A stretch of DNA of 64,000 nt from a virus (lineage: Duplodnaviria > Caudoviricetes), in the IMG/VR virus record IMGVR_UViG_3300028591_000074, positions 32,001 through 96,000 of that record, one strand, 5' to 3'. The notes below the pieces were generated by a model. That model had not been told where the DNA came from and did not search any database. It saw only the letters and a list, made by a program, of their open reading frames with translations. Shown one piece after another: positions 58,331 through 64,000 of this stretch. How positions within the stretch are numbered: position 1 is the stretch's first letter; each line of letters opens with the position of its first letter. The translations under genes and the position numbers were made by a program.

Positions 58331-58654
58331 TTAATGTTCCTTATTGCTAATCCATCTCAATGTTTCTATCAGCTCATCCACATCCTCTTCCGGATCATAT
58401 TTAGCAATAGACTTACGAAGATAGGATTCATCTTCTTCAGTCATCTTTTGATGTCTTTCAACAATATCCTGCATAAGCATTTTGTATTTTACAGTATCTA
58501 TAGTTTCAGCCATAACACCAGTTGTGATAGATTCCAAAGATGTGTTAAATTCATCTTCAGTGATTAACTTCTTATGCAAAAGCAATACATATAGCGCATT
58601 AAACTTTGCATCTACTTCAACAATTGCGTTCAACAATCGAAAATCTACATCCAT
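58331..58654 (-). CDS. Hypothetical protein
   Basis: AGGAGG SD. Confidence 0.6.
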   Translation of the reverse strand: MDVDFRLLNAIVEVDAKFNALYVLLLHKKLITEDEFNTSLESITTGVMAETIDTVKYKMLMQDIVERHQKMTEEDESYLRKSIAKYDPEEDVDELIETLRWISNKEH

Positions 58655-58714
58655 CGCATTTATTACCTCCTATATAAATTGTTATCATTTATGTATAAAT
58701 ATACTTAAATGTGT

Positions 58715-59965
58715 TTATGTTACATTATCTAACCAATATATCTTTGAATATTTCCAAAGTAGCTTACACTTTTTAGCATTTACTTTCTTACAATGCTTTG
58801 TTAGACTTTGGAAATTCAATGCATTTAATTCTGGATAAAGAGCTGTTACATAACCTCTATGTGTTTCTCCATTCCTAAACGTATATTCAACTAAATCTCT
58901 ATGCTTTATTCCAAGTACATTATCTGTTTTTGCTTTACTCTGTCTACGCATAGGTTTAATAGTCCATTCTTTTACTTCCGTAGTATCCGGTTTCAAATCT
59001 GTAATACAAATTGCATCATTTGAATGAGATTTTTCTATATCCCAGTCAATACGTTTATTTGATGTATCACCACCAGAAGTTAAATGCAAGATGCCCAATT
59101 CTGATAATTGCTCTCTTAACCAATGTTTTCCTATCATTACATGACTTGCGTAGTTAAGGTTTTTGGTATCAGAAGAATTGAGCAGATCAAAATAGTGCTG
59201 CATATATTGTTCTTCTTTGCCTTCGGTCTTTTGATGGCATTTTTTGCAAAGACTTATCAAATTCCCTAACGTATTAGAGCCATTCCTTCTGCGTGGGTTT
59301 ATATGATGTACTTCTAATTTTGTATTTGTCTTTCCGCATTCCATACATTTACATCCATCACGCAGAATTACAGCTTTACGTATGTTCTCATCTAAACGAT
59401 TTGATTTTTGATACTGCCAATTATAAGGCTTATAGTCATCCGTTAAGGCCCTTATATCTATTGCAACATCTTCAAGCCAATAATTTGTAGTGTTAATCCA
59501 CTTGTTTAAGTGATATATTACTCGCATAGTGGCTTGTCGTTTTTGTAAGATACTTGGTGCTATTCTGCCTTTTCGCATAGATGAAGATCGGTTATTAAAC
59601 CTTGCTTTACGATGTCTCTTTTGTTGTCTGTGGTATCTGCGATAACTTTTACGAACATCCATAAGATACTTTATGTCATTACGCTGCTCTATTGTTCCTT
59701 TGAAAAGCACTTTATTTTTGGTCTGACATTTTTGTACAAGGGCAATACCCGTATGTAAACCTCCATCATCAATGCCACATCTTACTTCATCTTTACACAA
59801 TTCATCATCTGAAATTACTCGGTTAAGCTGTATCACCATTGGGTATTTTGCTACAAGTTTGGCTTTACCCTTGCGTATCATATACCACGCTTTTGTTTCT
59901 TTCGTTGGACTTAACGGTTTACCGTTAGCATCCAACACAAATGAATAATTTGTCATTTCTGACAC
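58715..59965 (-). CDS. iscB: IscB RNA-guided endonuclease (second, divergent copy)
   Basis: PLSP, GIDDG, RRYHR...[15 protein letters not shown]...HHI...CKKCH, SHSNDA. Confidence 0.92.
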   Translation of the reverse strand: MSEMTNYSFVLDANGKPLSPTKETKAWYMIRKGKAKLVAKYPMVIQLNRVISDDELCKDEVRCGIDDGGLHTGIALVQKCQTKNKVLFKGTIEQRNDIKYLMDVRKSYRRYHRQQKRHRKARFNNRSSSMRKGRIAPSILQKRQATMRVIYHLNKWINTTNYWLEDVAIDIRALTDDYKPYNWQYQKSNRLDENIRKAVILRDGCKCMECGKTNTKLEVHHINPRRRNGSNTLGNLISLCKKCHQKTEGKEEQYMQHYFDLLNSSDTKNLNYASHVMIGKHWLREQLSELGILHLTSGGDTSNKRIDWDIEKSHSNDAICITDLKPDTTEVKEWTIKPMRRQSKAKTDNVLGIKHRDLVEYTFRNGETHRGYVTALYPELNALNFQSLTKHCKKVNAKKCKLLWKYSKIYWLDNVT

Positions 59966-60240
59966 CTTCCTTTTGGAGAATTGCTCCTCGTGCCAATGAC
60001 AGAGAGAAGTATATATGTTTCGCTGTTTTCACCGCAGGACATTAGCGGTGTTTCTTGCTTGGCAATCACAGAGCAACGGACTGAGAATACATCCGATGGT
60101 GTGTCTTTAACTTATCTCTCTATCGTAGTTCATCGTGCAGAATAACTTTCGTCATCAGCACTCACTTAGGCTCGAAACCTGCTGTTAAGTCCATACTTAA
60201 AAGGCTAATGTGTCCACTTTTTAGTATGTTTGAACATATA
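59966..60240 (-). ncRNA. omegaRNA of IscB element 2
   Basis: GAGCCTAAGTGAG...CTACGAT...CTCAGTCCGTTGCTCTG...CATTGGCACGAGG blocks upstream of iscB; boundaries approximate. Confidence 0.7.
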
Positions 60241-60259
60241 TAACTATGTTTTTAGTTAC

Positions 60260-60574
60260 TTAACAGTGAGTCCCCCAACTTATATCAAATATTGCAACTT
60301 GTCGGTTATTTTCATAAAAACGATCTAAATTTACTTCTTCGCACTTTCTAATAAATTCTGCGTTATAACCATCATCACACAATTTATCTATTACATCTTG
60401 ATAATGGATATATGTACGAATTTTATATTTTCCATGATTTATAGCTTCATGAATCTGTCCATAAATGTGATTTAACTCATCCATTGCATCTTTATTGTCA
60501 ATAACACCATTTGTATTATCTGTAAGTTGTTTAGCTTCATCTGCCTTAATTGGTCTAAACGTCATTTTATTCAT
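60260..60574 (-). CDS. Hypothetical protein
   Basis: Similar pattern to 3910..4179 (A.EAK...I..A...G.Y...ISW). Confidence 0.6.
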   Translation of the reverse strand: MNKMTFRPIKADEAKQLTDNTNGVIDNKDAMDELNHIYGQIHEAINHGKYKIRTYIHYQDVIDKLCDDGYNAEFIRKCEEVNLDRFYENNRQVAIFDISWGTHC

Positions 60575-60576
60575 AA

Positions 60577-60996
60577 TTACTTCTCCAATTCTTCTGAAAT
60601 TTCATCAACTGTAATAGTTCCAGTGGTGTAATAGATTATATGTCTTTTTCCACTTTCATCATCGAATAAAACTTTATCTGCATCATGTTCAACATCAAAT
60701 TTTCCACGGTAAGTAACTATTACATCACCATTCATATCATATACATTTACTTCCCGTGTAATACCACCATTGAAATTAGATTCTTGTGACTTCATTGCAC
60801 GTTTGCCACGTTCTGTGTGATTGTAGTACCAATTCCCACCAATCCATACGCCAACAATACCAACAATAAAAATTATGATTATTGACAACCCCTTTAACAT
60901 ATCGCCATCATCAATTATACACGCAAATCCATATACAATACATATTGCAAATATTAACGTCAATGACACACATAGAATTATTCCACCAACTGTCAT
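60577..60996 (-). CDS. Membrane protein (two TM segments plus soluble C-terminal domain)
   Basis: Two hydrophobic N-terminal segments; GGAGG SD. Confidence 0.7.
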   Translation of the reverse strand: MTVGGIILCVSLTLIFAICIVYGFACIIDDGDMLKGLSIIIIFIVGIVGVWIGGNWYYNHTERGKRAMKSQESNFNGGITREVNVYDMNGDVIVTYRGKFDVEHDADKVLFDDESGKRHIIYYTTGTITVDEISEELEK

Positions 60997-61045
60997 TTCA
61001 TAAATCCTCCAACTGTACTATTTATCTTAGTGACTACAAAACGCT

Positions 61046-61297
61046 TTAAATCCAGTAAATAACTGTTTTCACCACCAAAGCATGACTGGAATCAAATTTT
61101 GATATATTATCAACTTTAAATCCTAAACTTCTGAAATGCTCTATTGATTTAGATGATATCTGATCCAGCTCAACAAAATTTTCACCGTGTTTCGCTGCCG
61201 ACATAATTTCAGATTCGATATGTTCTACTTCAACATTACACCAATAGTCTTTATTTTCTTCGGTCACTTTTCCAACAGTAGTTGATATATCAAACAA
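61046..61297 (-). CDS. Hypothetical protein
   Basis: ORF downstream of the recurrent promoter motif. Confidence 0.55.
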   Translation of the reverse strand: MFDISTTVGKVTEENKDYWCNVEVEHIESEIMSAAKHGENFVELDQISSKSIEHFRSLGFKVDNISKFDSSHALVVKTVIYWI

Positions 61298-61390
61298 AAA
61301 ATACCACCCCCAACATAAATTATAACGATTTTAATTGCAAAAACAGATTGCATAGATTCAATTTGGAACGTATGCAATCTGTTTTAATCA

Positions 61391-63316
61391 TTACGCAAGT
61401 TCGACAACAAAATCACCGGATATATCTTTTACACCAGCAAAAATCATCTGAACATTATCAATAGTCATCAGTTGTTTAAATAGCTTAATCATATTTACAT
61501 TATCCAAGTGATCCATTAAATCGTCCACCATAACAATCTTCAATGGTGAATTTGATTTATCAACCAAACTAATCATCAGTGACAATGTATAGAGACATTT
61601 TTCACCACTTGAAAGAAGATTAAACGGAATATAAGAACCGCCTCTCTCAATGCCAAAACTGAAACTATTTGCTTTTGCTTCCAGATTAAATTTAGATTTT
61701 ACAGATTCACCAAACACAGTTTGAATATACGTATTCATCTGTTCTGAAAGATCTGTAAACGGCTTTGTTGCTGAATCATCATTCTGTAATCCATTAACAC
61801 CTGTAAGGTTGATCCAAGATTTATATGCAGCAATCTCACCCTCAGCCTTAAACTTTTCAGATGTCAAAGAATCAATAAGTTCATTGTATCTCTTATTGGC
61901 TTCAATCTTTATAAGGATATCTCGTTTCTCCTTAATCAATGAGTCATAATCTGCATCCGGTTCTTCCACAACAGGTTCTAATCCAACGGATTCCTTTAAT
62001 GTATTGAATTTTTCGTACCTTACACGAATCTTTGCCTGATCTTCCTGCGCACTATAAATATTTTGTTTTATTTTTGTAATATCATCCGAAATCTTACGTG
62101 ATTCCTCTGCAAAAGAATTTAACTCCTTAGTAAGGTCAATTATGGATTCCTCTGCTTCTTTGATATGTTTATTATACTCATCTAATTGCTCTTTATATGA
62201 TTTCAATTTAGATGATATTGTATCACAGGATGTAGATGTAAATGGACACATGCCGTTACTATCAACAATGTCCTGAATGACTTTTTTGGATGCAGTAAGT
62301 TCACTAATATATGACTTCTTTTCTGAAATATCATCTTTGTATGCATCTGAATTGGTTGCAATATTGTGCAACTGGTCTATCTGATTGTCATAGTCCGATT
62401 TAAGCTTATCAACAATATTACTAAATTCAATAAACTTTGGATCGGCTTCTGCACAGCCATGGGAACAATCAGAATATTCATCCAATTTATGTTTTGCAGA
62501 TTCATATTTTTCCAATCGATCAATAGCATCCAAATGGAATTTCCGTTTTTGTTCCAGATCATCAATCTGACTACGAACTTCTGATTCATCCATAGCAACA
62601 TCAATATCGTCATAAAATACTAAAGACTGAACTGTAGATTGCAGACGCTCTAATTCCTTCTTCTTGAAAGATAAGGCATTTTTGAAATATTCATTTGCTT
62701 TCCGAACTTCATCAACACCCGATAACCCATACGAAGTAATTTCCTCTGCACAGGTCTCAATCAAATCTTCATCAATATTATGCAATCCGGACTTAATCAA
62801 ATCTTCTTTAAGCACGATTTTCCAATCAATTTCCATTTCGGAAGATGGAAGAAAATTGATAAACCAATCCTTCAGTTTATTTGCAGTCATATCTACAAAT
62901 TCACTGAAATTAAATATTGGAAGTTCGAGTTCTGATATGATTTCTGCAATATCGTACCCATCCGGTGTAATTTCTACAATGGAATTGATCGTAGATCCAG
63001 ATCCTGTCCAGATTCTGCGAATGGATACACCATCACTTAAATTAAGAGTAACTGCCATAGTATGATTATTCGCATGACGGAATAATTCCGCTTTCGTTTT
63101 AGCAGTACCGGGGATATATCCAAGTAGTGCAAGCTGAATTGCTTGCATAACTGTAGACTTACCAACACCATTTGGACCATGCAAATATGTAAGATTAGAA
63201 ATATCATATGTCTTACGAACTACATTATGCATCCCTTCGATTGTAACAGATACTATTTTCATAAAATCTCCCCCAATCTGTAAATTAGTCATCTTCTGAC
63301 GTAGAATCTGATTCAT
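61391..63316 (-). CDS. SMC/Rad50/SbcC-like ATPase
   Basis: GPNGVGKST, coiled coil with CPFT...C hook, LSSGEK signature, VMVDD..DHLD; likely start MKIVSV at 63262. Confidence 0.88.
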   Translation of the reverse strand: MNQILRQKMTNLQIGGDFMKIVSVTIEGMHNVVRKTYDISNLTYLHGPNGVGKSTVMQAIQLALLGYIPGTAKTKAELFRHANNHTMAVTLNLSDGVSIRRIWTGSGSTINSIVEITPDGYDIAEIISELELPIFNFSEFVDMTANKLKDWFINFLPSSEMEIDWKIVLKEDLIKSGLHNIDEDLIETCAEEITSYGLSGVDEVRKANEYFKNALSFKKKELERLQSTVQSLVFYDDIDVAMDESEVRSQIDDLEQKRKFHLDAIDRLEKYESAKHKLDEYSDCSHGCAEADPKFIEFSNIVDKLKSDYDNQIDQLHNIATNSDAYKDDISEKKSYISELTASKKVIQDIVDSNGMCPFTSTSCDTISSKLKSYKEQLDEYNKHIKEAEESIIDLTKELNSFAEESRKISDDITKIKQNIYSAQEDQAKIRVRYEKFNTLKESVGLEPVVEEPDADYDSLIKEKRDILIKIEANKRYNELIDSLTSEKFKAEGEIAAYKSWINLTGVNGLQNDDSATKPFTDLSEQMNTYIQTVFGESVKSKFNLEAKANSFSFGIERGGSYIPFNLLSSGEKCLYTLSLMISLVDKSNSPLKIVMVDDLMDHLDNVNMIKLFKQLMTIDNVQMIFAGVKDISGDFVVELA

Positions 63317-63569
63317 CAGTTCTTAATGATTCTGTCGAATCATTATCAGTTTCCTCAGAAATTCTCTGCGCAAGTTCTCCATCATCTAAAAATAGTGCAA
63401 CATATTTTTCTTTCGTAATAGTAATCAGATATTTATTGTCTGTATCAGATTCAAGGCATCTATGCACCATACCAGTAGGAATCTTGTTATTATTGAATAG
63501 CGCAACCTTTTCAATAACCTTATCACCTACCTGTAAATTAAATGGTAAAACTTCAATGTGGCTTCTCAT
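63285..63569 (-). CDS. Hypothetical protein
   Basis: AGGAG SD. Confidence 0.55.
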   Translation of the reverse strand: MRSHIEVLPFNLQVGDKVIEKVALFNNNKIPTGMVHRCLESDTDNKYLITITKEKYVALFLDDGELAQRISEETDNDSTESLRTDESDSTSEDD

Positions 63570-63591
63570 AATATATATACTCCTTTATAAA

Positions 63592-64000
63592 TTATTGTTC
63601 ACCAAATAGATTGAATGTCTTTGGTTTCGTTTTATCTGGTTTACTTAATTTTACAGAATTATCATCTTCAATACTAATATCCGCAGTCATAGCATAGTCA
63701 ATTCTCGCTTTAGAAATCTCAAGATATTCTTCCGACAAATCAATACCAATATATTTATAATTTTTATGTTTTGTACGGTTTTCTAACATAATAGCCTTTC
63801 CGGTACTACCGGAACCGTTGAATGGGTCTAAAATGGTACTTCCTTTGGGCGATACAAGACGAACTAAGTAAGTCATAAGCGAAGTCGGCTTAACTGTAGG
63901 ATGTGTATTCTTTCGTGCTTTTGAACTTCTATTAAATGGAACATCCGCAGAATAACAATCTGGGTTTCTATCACAATCGATTCTTGGGTCAAATACATCC
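63592..64000 (-). CDS. DNA methyltransferase, C-terminal part (starts beyond window end)
   Basis: NTHPTVKPTSLMTYLVRLV...ILDPFNGSGSTG; frame open to the window end. Confidence 0.88.
   Translation of the reverse strand, partial: DVFDPRIDCDRNPDCYSADVPFNRSSKARKNTHPTVKPTSLMTYLVRLVSPKGSTILDPFNGSGSTGKAIMLENRTKHKNYKYIGIDLSEEYLEISKARIDYAMTADISIEDDNSVKLSKPDKTKPKTFNLFGEQ

Noticed and set aside
1-64000. Stop-codon reassignment
   Set aside because: Conserved genes are full length in the standard code, TAA, TAG and TGA all end genes, and no suppressor tRNA was found.

Overview
A 64 kb segment of a large, AT-rich tailed-phage genome. The host is probably a Clostridia/Firmicutes bacterium, inferred from the cell-wall-binding-repeat endolysin, strong Shine-Dalgarno (SD) sites and sigma-A promoters. 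Order along the window: (1) terminase large subunit, cut off at the window start, plus hypothetical genes; (2) a minus-strand replication/recombination block: methyltransferase, a bacterial-type clamp loader (gamma, delta, delta-prime), beta-clamp, Hjc-type resolvase, RecA, solo Cas4-like nuclease, intein-containing family A polymerase, SSB, primase, DnaB and a loader; (3) a strand switch at about 24.4-24.9 kb that looks like an origin, with a small structured RNA; (4) a plus-strand block with an HNH nuclease, an AcrVA2/FinQ-like protein, an NrtR-regulated NAD+ salvage operon (nrtR, radical SAM, two HxGH transferases, pnuC, kinase, pncA, pncB, nadE) and a sigma factor; (5) a minus-strand region with tRNAs, endolysin, tail-like genes and many small ORFs; (6) a dense non-coding RNA island at about 48.7-54.2 kb around a TROVE/vWA (Ro60-like, DUF2828-type) gene; (7) an SMC/Rad50-like ATPase and a second methyltransferase. 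Two IscB-omegaRNA elements are inserted. The best candidate for an undescribed system is the array of six RNAs directly upstream of the TROVE gene. Stand-alone stem-loops alternate with tRNA bodies carrying grafted inserts; each unit has a hairpin/stem followed by an ACAGCAA-like motif and then a different anticodon-like stem-loop. Nearby are anticodon-less mini-tRNAs and a tRNA-like RNA displaying an anti-SD loop. All family assignments come from motif recognition by eye; no database searches were run.
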